A stretch of DNA of 64,000 nucleotides from Octopus sinensis. Taxonomy: Eukaryota. The stretch lies in the NCBI RefSeq assembly GCF_006345805.1, contig NC_043000.1, forward strand, positions 106,330,001-106,394,000, read 5' to 3'. Made by a program: the position numbers and the translations under genes. How positions within the stretch are numbered: position 1 is the first letter of the stretch; each line of letters begins with the position of its first letter. The notes under the pieces were generated by a model that made no database searches, was not told where the DNA came from, and worked only from the letters and a program-made list of their open reading frames with translations. Positions 50,624 to 63,378 of this stretch are shown one piece after another.

Positions 50624-53102
50624 CACAAATACAATATACATATTATCAACGAACTAATGAAACAGCCTCTCAGTAATCAATCGATCGGCAAGAAATAATA
50701 GCCAAATCTCTTGATGGCACATAATGCAATCTTAGTTACGTTTGAATTTTTTTTTTAAATGGTCATAGATGGAAAATCTTCAATTGTAAATCTACTCGAT
50801 TAAAACTGACCTGAGAACTATATAATTAAGGACAAATGCATTGGGAAAATTAAGTACCTCAGAACAACCAACTCTCTTTTAAACCACACCCTAGTTATTT
50901 GAGGCGCGCGCACAAGAAGAAAACAATGTGGTCATGGCTGGAATGGCCCTTGATCACAGGTCTGTCCGCTTTGGCAGGACTGCCCAATGGTTAAACATGT
51001 TTAGAAAAGGAGTCTGATTTTCACATCCTCAATACATATAACGTCAGTCATGCCTGGCATTGATTTTATCGATCCCTACAACCTGAGCAGATAGCAAGGC
51101 GAAGTCTACACCAGTAGGATTTGAACACTGAATCAAAAACATCGAAATTATTGGCAAAGATTTTGTCCAAGGTCGGCCCTGATCACATTGACCTATATAA
51201 TCAAAAGCGTTCCACAAGTGACCATCTCGCATTCTTGTTTGTTAGGGACTATTTTATCTATTGTATTCTTGTTTAGCCGATAGGTCGGCCCTGCTCGAGC
51301 ATACTTATCATTAAAGGCCTTCTAATAGTGACCATCCACTTTTGTATATCAGGGACTATCTTGTCCAGTATACCTTTAAGATGATAGGGTGTAATTTGAG
51401 AGATTTTCTATTGCTGTCAGGTCGCCCGCCTACATGAGGCTCCTTCTTTGACACGAATGTAAAAAGCGTTTGTGCAGGCTGACGCTCGAGTATTTCAGAT
51501 GTTAATTGTCCCTATAGACCACAACACTTCAGATTCGTATATTACATTAAAAAATGTAGCTAGAAAAAGGGAAAGTTAAGTCTGCTTATGTGCGTCTCAA
51601 TGGTATTTACCTTATTTGCCATAATAGCCAAAATATACATAAAAGTTTCAAAACTACACACATCGCCTACGTTTATCTGTGGTGCAGAATGTGTGCATCT
51701 GCATATATGCAATGCAGTTTATATTCGTAACGTGCACAAATTCTGATGTGGTTTGTTTGTAACATATACATGTATCGATATTGTGTAGTGTTTATAGCAT
51801 GCATGTGTACAGATGAATGTCTGAAAATCCGAGGCAGTAATATTCGTAGCTATCCTGTATACATGTTGCAGCTAGTGTTTATAACATGTATGTGAACGTA
51901 TTCGTGCATGTATTATACAATATACAGGTATCTCTATAACGACACGAAGCCCTACGTAAGGTGGTGTGATGATATAGTTTGGTATTGTATGATATAGAAC
52001 TAGGAAAAAAGCAAACATACAAACCAGTTTGTTTATTGCTTTCTTTCACGTCAAACACAAAGACTGGGCCGGTTTTTTTTTTGGTTGTTATTTATTTGTT
52101 GTTCTTTGATTTCGTACTGATATAGCAAATGCAACAACAACAAAAATAATACTAATAATTAATTTTTTTTTAAATAGTTATTTCCTCTTATATTGTTCTG
52201 ATCAGAGATGAAAAAATAATAAATAATATCAGTGAAATTTATTCCCGCCAACACCCGTCAGTTGGGATTATTCCGAGTCCGATGTGGCAAGAACTAGACA
52301 TTGACACTGACTTAACATGACAGACATTGTGTGCAAGATTAAAATAAGATCTCGCCCAAGTCACGGGAAGAGTCCAACGAGATTTAGGGGAACAAATTCG
52401 ACTTTCAAAACAATTAATTAAAATCTTAATCATTGTTTTACTTTACTTTTGTTTAAAGTAAAGATAATGTATATATTTATGTATGTGATAAAAAAAAAAA
52501 TAAACAAAATAAATCGAGAAATTTCTGAACATGTAATGAAATTTTTTTCGTAACAGGAAGCTAAATCGCAACACCTGTTCCGGCTCGCCGGGTGCTATAA
52601 AGTCATGCCCTGCAGGATGCGAATTAAGAGCCCGCTAAAGTTGATTATATTGTAGTTTTAATGCATCTGTTAACTTTTTCTATATACAGAACTTACAAGG
52701 AGTTATAGAAGTAGGATTTTCCGTGTGAAGATCATTCCTTGGTCAGGCAAATCAAAATAATCACCCATACCTACGTATAGCTTTATCTGCTTCAGTTATT
52801 AGACCCCAGTACTTATTTAAAAAATACTTATATTGCTTGTTTTTATGTCAAGTTGTTTATAAAAGCAATTTAAACATTAAACGAATGATTACTCAATACT
52901 TTTTACTTGTGTATAATTTTTTACAGGGAAAAAGGTTGACCATACCTTCAAAATTTCAGTTTCCGCCTTTTCAGCACAGTCTTATGACAAGTAAATATAT
53001 ATGTCTGTACAAATAAGTGCTTTTTAAATGCATAGCGACAATGAACATTAATTCAATAAAGGACTTAATACATTTATGATTTATTAAAAATGACATCAAA
53101 TA

Positions 53103-53171
<69 letters not shown>

Positions 53172-54339
53172 AGGTATATATATATATTAACTCTATATAT
53201 AAACATATATATCCAATTTCATGCAAGGAAGGAAACTCATAGCAGCAGAGTCACTTAGTAACTCTACTAATTAAAAATTATATGTGCATGTATGTACGTA
53301 TGTATCATTTAATATACACAAGATTTAAATTCAAACTACTATTACGTTCATACATTGTCAGGCAAGCCTGTATAGTATACTGTGTGTTTCCATGCAACCT
53401 TTCAGGCTCAGATATACAACATCACTGGTCTTTTCTGAAAATAAGAAAGGACACTGGTCTTTGAGAAAAACGTGAGAAAGGTTTAGAGGATGGGGAAAAG
53501 AAAAATGAAAATTAAGAATTGTGTCCTCTTGGCACATTTGAATCGAAATTAATGTGGTTGGTGTAAGTTGATTCAATGGGAGAAGGTAAAAGTTTTTAAG
53601 ACTGCATTCTAAATCTACAGAGGTTGGTGTCACCAGTTCAATAAAAGAAATTTGATCGGATGCTTACATTTAATAAAAATTTCAGATTTGGAATTGGGTA
53701 GTTAAGTAGTATGTACGAATGCTTAAATCTAAAAAGGATATGTATCTTCAGCTACAAGACTTGCATCTTATTGAACCATTAACATATGGTGTGGATCATT
53801 CCAAAATGCACCACTTCATGCTGTACAGTGTGTAGTTGGCCTTTGAGTCCCAGATGTGGCCTGATAACTTAGTAGCTTTTTTCTTATCCATGTGTTAGAA
53901 AGACGAAAGGTAGTTAGCATATCGTTTTTTAAAACTACTTTCTCATACCAATGGACTTTTTCTTTTGAGTTTCCATATTTTGGAGCACTACATTGACTTT
54001 AGCTTCATAAACCACTGAGTTAATCATACATTCTTGGTTGAGTGGGCAAGTTTCTGGCTCTCAGCAGTTACAACTCAGAGTGGGTACCTGGTGTGATGCG
54101 CATGTGATAATATTTCATGGTGGGGTAGCATCTATATGAGACTTTCACTGAACAAGTGGTTGGTATCAAGAAGGGCAAGCAGTTGTAGAAATTGAGCCAA
54201 AACAGACTGGAACCTGTTACAGCCCCTCGCCTTAGCAGTTTTTGTCAGTCATTTAACACTTGCCAACATGAAAAACATGCTAAATGCTGATACTACACAC
54301 ATCTCTCTCTTTCTCTCTCTCTCTCTATATATATATATA

Positions 54340-54690
54340 TTTTTATATATATAAAGGAATACAACAAATGGGACAAGAAGCAAAACATCCAGAGAGATGA
54401 TACAAAAAAGGGACAAGAAAAAACAAGGATGGATAATTCAGAGTTTTCTTTCTTCAGTTGAGTTCCAGATTATCTTTGCAATTTCAGCTGGTTATACTGA
54501 AGATTGCTCCAATCTGGCCAGCCCCAAGGAAAAACTAAGCTAAGAGCACTAGATTCCTTGGAAGAAAGCAATGAATGTATATGAAAACAAGGACGGAAAA
54601 AAGAATGGAGAAATGGTACACAAATACGAATGCAAATAACAGGATATTAACAACAGGCGTCTTTTGACTAAGGACGAATTAAATTAAGCT
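54340..54690. mobile_element. Probable Penelope-like terminal repeat
   Basis: ATTATCTTTGCAATTTCAGCTGGTTATAC..GATTGCTCCAATCTGGCCAGCCCCAAGGAAAAACTAAGCTAAGAGCACTAGATTCCTTGG recognised from memory as a common octopus repeat; classification tentative. Confidence 0.4.
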
Positions 54691-56079
54691 GGTGTGTGTG
54701 GAAGTGAAGCCTTACTGCAGGGACATGAGAGATGACAGGCATGGGGAGGAATATAGATATTGTACAGATGGTAGTCAAACCAAGAAAGAAAGGTCAGGCT
54801 TGGCCAAACACTGGTCATGTGGAGAAAGAGGAAAGAGGCAGAGGGATAGAAGAATTAGGGAGGGACAAGAAGAAAAGAAAAAGGACAAAGTGAAGTGAAA
54901 GGGGAGGGAAGGTGAGAATGAAGAGAAAGCCAGGAAATGTGAGAGGGAGAACAAAAGAAAGAAGAGTGGAAAGAACGAAGTGTGAAGGGACTGATAGAAA
55001 GAAAGAATGAAAGAATAAGAGAGTTGTACAAAATTTATATATATATATAACAATTTTTTGCATAAGATAAAAAAAAAAACCAAGGCTGTATAGATATTAG
55101 AGCATTTATAGATATAAGGTCTTACAGATGTTTCTAGGATATTAATTAATAATAATATCCCTTCATCGGAGACAGTGTGAGAGGAAAAATTAAGTCATCG
55201 TTAGTTTCGATGTGATACAAAATAGAGAGTGAAGTGGAGGAAAGAAAATAGATGTAAGATATGTATGGGTATTGAATTTGTAAATCTGTTTTATAGGCAT
55301 AGTGGTATATATGCAATATTCCAATATCCCTTGAGTAAAATCCAGAACCATTTATTTGCAATATTACCGAATCTGGAACTTAACTATGGTCTGTCTATAG
55401 CACTTATTCAGCATTACCTGACACCTTTGGGTCTCATTGACATCATTATCTCATATATATATATATGTACTTACAGATATAAACAATAAACATGTCTAAA
55501 GATATATTGAATATCATACTCAATAAATTCTTGATTTATTGTAATTATTTTCCCTTCAACAGAAGAGTAAACTAATTCCGTGTAGTAATTGTGACCAAGT
55601 CCAAAAGAGAAGGGGAGGTAATCTCAGGAATTTCTTAAATTGACATCCATTAAAGAAAATACAAGATTAATTGTCTGGTGTGGCTCTTTGGTTAAGAAGC
55701 TTACTTTCCAGCCATGTGGTCTTGAGTTAAGTCCAACCACCCAGGAAAGTATCTTCTACTATAGCCCCAGGCCAACCAAAGCCTTGATAGATGGAAAATG
55801 AAAGAAGCTCATCTTTTATATGTTTCAGTGTGTGTGTGTGGTACCTTTGTGTTGACATCTTGTGAGGGCTGTAAATGAGCATTACCAATGTCAGGTTCCA
55901 GTCTTCCATTGAAAACATGTCTGGCCATGGAAATTTTACCTTGTTTGGAGACAAGAGAGAGTTAGTAAGAGGAAGGGCATCCAACTGTAGAAAAGCTGCC
56001 TCAACAAATTCTGATATGTACAGGAACAGAAACATGATAATGGTGAGTATATATATATATATATAGTGACTGAGACTTT

Positions 56080-56790
56080 TGGAAATATGCTGTGCTTGAG
56101 AAGACCCGGCAAGCCAAATGAGATCATAACCTCGTGGCCTATGCCAGGGGCGTAACTAGCCCACTTATGTGTACTTTTTCCTTCCTTGGACACTAAACTC
56201 TGCTTGCAAAGACCTGTTGAGGCAAGTGAAATCAAATCAAAGTGAAATTCGATGACTGACACCTGTGCTAGCGGGGTGCAAAGAGCACCATATGAGTGTG
56301 ATCGTTGACAGAGTGGCTAACCAGCTTCCATGCCAGTGGCACATAAAAGGCACCATTTGAGTGTGATCATTACCAGTGTCACCTTACTGGCACTTGTGAC
56401 CTGTGCTTGTAGGGTGCTAAGAGCACCATCCGTGCGTGATCATTGCCAGAGCAGCTAACTGGCTTCCATGCTGGTGGCATGTATAAGGCACCATTCAAGC
56501 ATGATCGTTACCAGCATCACCTTACTGGCACCTGTGCTGGTGGCATGTGTAAAAAGATTTGAGCGAGGTCGTTGCCAGTACCACCTGACTGGCCCCCGTG
56601 CCGGGGGCATGTAAAAGCACCCACTACACTCTCGGAGTGGTTGGCGTTAGGAAGGGCATCCAGCTGTAGAAACTCTGCTAGATCAAGATTGGAGCCTGGT
56701 GCAGCCATCTGGTTCGCCAGCCCTCAGTCAAATCGTCCAACCCATGCTAGCATGGAAGGTGGACGTTAAACGATGATGATGATGATGATA
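56080..56790 (+). mobile_element. RTE LINE 3' end with expanded (about 6-unit) tandem module
   Basis: RT stop region GCTGTGCTTGAGAAGACCCGGCAAGCCAAATGAGA, then repeated about 60-bp units with GGTGGCA..TAAAA.GCACC..GTGATC.TT.CCAG, standard tail and (GAT)n. Confidence 0.85.
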
Positions 56791-57519
56791 TATATATATA
56801 TATGAAGTTTTGAATGGAAAGAGGTTGCTCTTTCGCAGGGTTGTATTTTATCCAAGTATACACGGATTTAGCCCCGTATCAATTAATATACTTTGGATTT
56901 CATTAATTTGTGTCAGTATTAGTGTTAACACTCATGAAGTTCTAGTTATTGTTATAGATGTTTTCAACCATTTGATATAGGAGAGCAGAATTTTAATAAC
57001 ATAATGTAAGGAAAATGGAAAGTTTGAACATTGCTTGCATATGTTTCTTTGAAATTAAGGTTGCATTATGCATTTAAAAAGTAAAAATTTCTTCAGGGCA
57101 AAGACTGACAAATATTTGTTCACATCCTAATGGATGGAGAGTTGCTTACAGACTGAGATAGCAGCAGGCTTTTGTGTGTTTTGTATTTGTCAGCATGAGT
57201 CTTTTGGATTCTTTTCTAAAAACAGCTTGAGGTTAAACTATGACCACAGTGGACAATGGCAAGTTGTAGTTCTGAGGAACTAGGTCATACTACCATTCTC
57301 CTGAGATTGGTTTTATAAATGCTGGCTACCACTCCTATCTCTACTCACTTTTGAAAAGAATAAAAATAAAATATATATTATATATATTAGCAAGAATCCA
57401 AATCAATATATTTATTTAACTTCTCCTAAAAAGAAGGCCAAAAACAAAACACTATAATAATGAAAATTGTGACTACTTAAATAAAAACCTAAATAGGATA
57501 ACAAATAACAATGTCATAT

Positions 57520-58080
57520 ATATTACCATTTAGGTAATACATATAATAATAATAATTCTATATAAAAGTTATTAAACTCCAGAAAAATTACTCTAAAAGG
57601 AATTACTATGAAAATAATATAGCATGGTTCATAATACCATTTGCAAAACAAATTAGGACCAATATAGTGAAATTTTTCTTGCAAACAATAATTTTGTGAT
57701 ATTTGCTTTCCTTTGAAAAGTGTTTGGCCAAACACTTTTCAAAGGAAAGCAAATATCACAAAATAATAAACTCACACAAATTAAGGATGGGTTTCTGCAT
57801 TTCAAAAAATATTGCACAAAATGCTAAAAAATTAAATGATTTCTATAATAATAAGAATAAGGAAAATACAAATGATTTACGTAATGGTCAAAATGATGAA
57901 GAACATAACAATAGTAAGAAATATACAACAAACGAAGGAAGGGAAGTAACCCTTAATGCCTCCCTCCTAAAATCGGAAAGGAATCCAAAAGACACACATG
58001 CTGACAAACACAAAATGCACAAAAGTATGCTGCTATCTCAGTTGGTTAGCAACTCTCCATTCATTAGGATGTGAACGAAT
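57520..58080 (+). mobile_element. Penelope-like element coding remnant
   Basis: ORF 57703-58074 KHFSKESKYHKIINSHKLRMGFCISKNIAQ resembles the Penelope K+FPxxxxxxKIFN..T+K+SYSC..N+ region. Confidence 0.5.
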
Positions 58081-58221
58081 ATTTGTCGATTTTTGCCCTG
58101 AAGAGATTTTTACCTTTTAAATGCATAATGCAATCTTAATTGCAAAATATGAATGAAGGTAAGAAACTGAAATGTACATAGGTGATATGAAATCAAACTT
58201 TCCATTTTCCTTATATTATAT

Positions 58222-58260
<39 letters not shown>

Positions 58261-60889
58261 CTAGCACTTGTCTCAGTTATTTGACCATGGCCATACCGAG
58301 ACACTGCCTGAAAGGCTTCTTCTTCTTCTTCTTGACCAACATGTTGAACAAACATGGTTGGGAAGCAAGCTTCTTACCCACACAGCCACACCTGAGCCTA
58401 GATATAGGTTTCTAAGTTAGGCACAAGGCCAGCAATTTCAGGTGAGTGGATTAGTCAATTACAGTGTTCAATTGGTACTGATATTATCAACCCTGAAAGG
58501 ATGAATGGCAAAGTCAACACTGGCAGCATTTGAACTCAGAATGTAAAGATGGACGAAATATTGCTCAGCATTTTGCTCGGTATGCCAACTTCTGCCAACT
58601 TGCCACATTTCTTTGCCTACATATTGATAACGGAAATAACTATTATCAATAACAAGAATATTTCTTTGTACAGAGAATAGCAATGACCTGACATAATAGA
58701 AAAAAAATTTAGTTTCAAAGCAATAACATAAAAATGGAGAGAAAATCTCAAACAAGATATGCAAGATGCATATCCTCTTTGTTTTAAAGTCCAATTTTCC
58801 ACATTTCCACATATTCATCAAATGTTGCAAACTTGAAGTTTTTATATCTTGCTTATAAAAAAATAAAAAATAAAAAACAAACAAATGTTTTCAAAACACT
58901 CATCACTACCTTTAGTCTCAGAGTTATCAAAGCATTTTAATTTGCACCAAAGTGCATTCATTATATTTTTGACTTTGAAATGAGTTATGTTGTGCTGAAG
59001 AGTCCAGAAAGAGGATGTAATAATACTATCCACAGCTACCAGAGACTTCAAGGGCTTTATCTCATGAAAATATGAAAGAATAATATGGAAATATATGCAT
59101 ACTCTTTTCACTCTTTGATAATGATTTCTCAACATAAGAAAAATAAACTTAGGAATGCACTCTCCTCTTAAATAACAATTTCCAATAATTCCACTTCATT
59201 TATGTTACATCTTGTCCAACCAATACTGATATTTTATTTCGGCAAATAGTTCAGGAAATAGAAATAACCCAATATTTTCACACAATTCCTGACTGTCACT
59301 TAGGTGGCCAAGTTTTGTTTCCCAGTGTGGGAACTCATTAACATAGGTACAAATGTCTTCTTCCAGAGTGACCAAAGCCTTGTGAGTGAATTTAGTTGAC
59401 TAAACTGAATGAAGCTTGTCATTATGTATGTATGTGTGTGTGTGTCTTTGTGTTTGTCCCACACCATCAATTGAATTGGTGTTGGCTTGTTAATGTTTTG
59501 TAACTTAGCAGTTCAGCAAAAGACACAGACAGAATAAATACTAGGCTTAAAAATAATAAGTACTGTGGTTAATTTGTTTAACTTGACTTTTCAAGGTAGT
59601 GCCCATTATGGCTGCAGTCCAGTGACTAAAACAAGTAAACAATAAAAGAACTGCAAAACAGTGACATCAATTTTTTACACGATCACCAATACACATAAAT
59701 ATGCAGTAATAAAGCTGTATGCAGAATTGTTATATTTTCACATAATAAACTGAAGACTATTATGTTTAATGACCTTAATTAAATAAAACTAATTTGTTTT
59801 ATGGCATTGTTTATGTCTAATTCTAAATTTTGAGGTATCAGTTTCAGTGCAAAAACTCAACAATAAAAATGATGGAATACTTTTAACCTTCTGATAATCT
59901 TTTGTTCTTGCAACTGCAGCCCCATTAGTCCAAATACTTGAAAAACTTTGCATGAAATTTCATTTTTTTCTTCCATAAATGTATAAATGAAATTAAATAT
60001 TGCTTATCAAAAGGTTGGCCAATTAATAAGTCTACTTCAGCACTACCTTCATAAATGCAGTGATAAAAGTAAAGCTGTTAAACCAAAAATGTTATTTGAC
60101 TTATCCATTAAAAGAATGTTCAGCTTATTTTAACCTATTAGCTCAGTTTCACAAAAATTTGACATTTCCTGTTATGTACCTTGAAACTGTGTCATTAGTA
60201 AGTCATATGTTAATATTTTCAACATTTGTTAACTGCTATACATTGTACCTAATTCTTTTGTATATGGTTTTATTAAGTTTTCTGAAATTGCATGTGTTTC
60301 ATCTGTTTATATATAAATTTGACAATCAACGTGAGATGAAGCAAGTATAGCATTTTAATTTTTAATTTTCTTTTACAAAATGGCAGAAAAATAACTTTCC
60401 TTTGAGTCAGTTCTTAAGAATTTTCCTTTAAAATTCTTCACTTGGATTACTAAATTCTATGTGCAGCTGTGTAGTTAAAAAGCTTGCTTCCCAACTGTGG
60501 AGTTTTAGGTTCAGTCTTATCTGCATGTTACATTGGGCAAGTATCTTCTACTTGGGTCAATTAAAGACTTGAGCCAATATATGTCTGTAGTTTGCACTAG
60601 GTACACCATATGGAGTTCCTACCCACAACATTGCTCTGAAGGGATCAGGGAATTGTCACTTTTTTTTACTTAGTAGGAATTTGGTCTTTGCTAAATTAAA
60701 TCTAAGGCCCTTTGATTCCTGACCTTGCTTCCACACCTGAAATTTCTTATCTAGTTCTGGTAATGATTCAGCAATAATGATTCAGCCTTGTGAGTGGATT
60801 TGGTCGATGAAAACTGAAAGAATCCTGTTGTACACACACACTCACACATTTATATATAAGGGTCAAAGCTCAATTAATTAGTAAGAGAG

Positions 60890-62530
60890 CATAGATGAAA
60901 TGAAGTTTTGTTTTGTGCCAAGAAGAAACGCTATTGGTGCTATCATCTTGGTGAAACAACTGCAGGAGAAGTATTTAACTAAAAATAAACCTCTGTATTT
61001 GGCTTTTGTTGATAGGGAGAAAGACTTTGGCAGGGTCCTCTGCTCCCTTATCAGGTGAGCAATGCAGAAGCTAAGGATAGATAAGTGCTTGGTAAGAGCT
61101 GTACAAGCCATGTACAGGAATGCTGTCAGTAAGGTGAAAGTTAGCAATGTGTATAGCAACGAATTTAGTGTAGAAGTAAGAGTTCACCAAGGATCACTTC
61201 ACAGTTTCCTCTTGTTTTTCATAGTCCTCCAGACCATAATAGAGGAATTTAAGATGGGCTGCCCATGGGAGCTTCTCTATGCTGATGACTTTGTTTTTAT
61301 TGCTGAATCATTACCAGAACTAGATAAGAAATTTCAGGTGTGGAAGCAAGGTCAGGAATCAAAGGGCCTTAGATTTAATTTAGCAAAGACCAAATTCCTA
61401 CTAAGTAAAAAAAAGTGACAATTCCCTGATCCCTTCAGAGCAATGTTGTGGGTAGGAACTCCATATGGTGTACCTAGTGCAAACTACAGACATATAACAG
61501 TGGTATCATAGAAAGGATAACAGGGAACGTAGTCTTTGTGTGTGGCAGATGTGCAGATACAATAAACACTAGAAATGTGCAGAAAATAGACCCTTAAAAG
61601 TAGTAGATAGTTTCCATTACCTAGGTGACCAAGTCAGCATTTGAGGAGAAAGCTTTGAAAGTGTAGTTTCAGGAATAAGAACAGGCTGGGCAAAGTTCAG
61701 AGAGCTGCTACCTTTGTTGGTAACAAAGGGTCACTCCCTCAGAGGGAAAGGCAGATTGCATGATGCCTGTGTACAAACAGCTATGCTACATGAGCTGTAA
61801 CTATTGAAGGCATGCAAAGGCTTGAAAGAAATGGATGGGTAATGTTAGTGTGCATGTACAATAGAATTTAAATTACTTAAGAGAAAACTGGGCATAAGAG
61901 GCACCAGATATAGTGTGCAAGAGAGAAGACTGTGATGGTATGGTCATGTGGTGTATATGGATGAGGACAGCTGCATAAAGAAGTACCAATCTTTAATTGT
62001 GGAAGGATCATGTGGATGAAGTGGTGAAAAAGGATCTTCAGACACTAGGCCTCACTGAAGACCTGACAAGGGACCAAGACTTCTGATGATTTGCCATGCT
62101 TGAGAAGATATGTCAAGCTAAGTAAAATCGTGGCCATCTATACATGCAGGTATGTCCCCCTGTCAGCCAATAGGTCTTTGCCCTGCAGACTTGTGGGTGC
62201 TGGTGTCACGTAAAAGCACCAGTGTTAGTGCTACATAAAAGAACTAGTGCTGGTGCCACATAAAAGGCACCTATGCCAGTGCCACGTAAGAAGTACCTGT
62301 ATCAGTGCCATGCAGGAAAGCACCCATTCAGGGTCGTGTAAAAATCTCTCATGCCAGAGCCACATAAAAAGCACCCTGTAAAGTTGTTGGCATTAGGAAA
62401 CACATCCAGCCATAAAAACCATAACAAAACAGACAAATGGAGCCTGGTCAGCTCTCCTGCTGGCTAACTCCTGTCAAACTGTCCAACCAAGACCTACATG
62501 GAAGACAGGTGTTAAATGATGATGATGATA
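60890..62530 (+). mobile_element. 5'-truncated, decayed RTE LINE with 3' UTR and (GAT)n tail
   Basis: IDEMKFCFVPRRNAIGAIILVKQLQEKYLTKNKPLYLAFVDREKDFGRV; ORF 61062-61418 with VHQGSLHSFLLF and WELLYADD; tail ends about 62528. Confidence 0.9.
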
Positions 62531-62799
62531 ATAATGACACACACACATGTATACATTTGTGTGTACAAATTATATGTGTGTGTTTGTATGTACTTTTATC
62601 TTGACAGCTGGTGAGGGCTGTGAATGAGCATCACTGCCATACAAGGATGTTGCTCATTTCCAGCCTTCATTGAGAAACCAGTGAGGGTTGGTGACAGAAA
62701 GGGCATCTGGCTGTAGAAAATCAGCCTCAATAAATTCTGTCTGGTTCATACAAGCATGGGGAGGCAGACTTTAAATGTTGCTGTTGCTGCTGCTGAGGT

Positions 62800-62990
62800 T
62801 GATGATGATTATGTATTGTCTCTAAATGTTGCTTTAGTTTAGCTGGATGTAAGCAGCTGTTACTTAAAACCTTTTCCCATTCAGCACACTGTCAACTGAG
62901 CTTGGTCTTTTCACCAGCTTAGGTGAAATCATAAGCAAATAAAAATGTCATCACCTTTCCTTTCATCTTATTGTTTTGATGTTGATTTTT
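62800..62990 (-). mobile_element. hAT Buster/Charlie-type transposase N-terminal zinc-finger fragment
   Basis: QCAEWEKVLSNSCLHPAKLKQHLETIH matches CVxCxEVLSNxxMKPSKLKRHLETKH of ZBED5/Buster-type transposases. Confidence 0.7.
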
Positions 62991-63187
62991 TTGAAGATGA
63001 ACTCATTGTTGTATCCAACTAAATAATTTCAGGCAGGGCTCTGTGATAAGAAGTTTCCTTCTCAACCACTTGGAACAAAGTTCAGTCCCACTACATGGCA
63101 GCTTCGATAAGTGTTTTCTACTATTGTACTGACCTGATAAAAGCTTTGTGAGTGGATGTGGTAGATGAAAACTAAAAGAAGTCCATT

Positions 63188-63204
63188 GTGTATATATATA
63201 TATC

Positions 63205-63253
<49 letters not shown>

Positions 63254-63315
63254 TATATATATATATGCATATATATATGTATATATATACATTTATATAT
63301 ATACATTTATATATA

Positions 63316-63360
<45 letters not shown>

Positions 63361-63378
63361 TAATATACATATACATAT
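63188..63378. repeat. Compound (TA)n/(CA)n microsatellite
   Basis: Directly read. Similar (TA)n or compound tracts at about 5970-6006, 21530-21615, 27885-27945, 50565-50622 and 53100-53190. Confidence 0.9.

Noticed and set aside
51965-52120. Possible C/D snoRNA (GTGATGA ... CTGA)
   Set aside because: About 155 nt, no terminal stem, and only an imperfect rRNA-like antisense stretch.
56260-56625. Regularly spaced repeats resembling a CRISPR array
   Set aside because: Degenerate tandem units without unique spacers, inside a LINE 3' UTR, in eukaryotic DNA with no cas genes.
60060-60350. 96-aa + strand ORF
   Set aside because: AT-rich, no recognisable motif or convincing splice signals.
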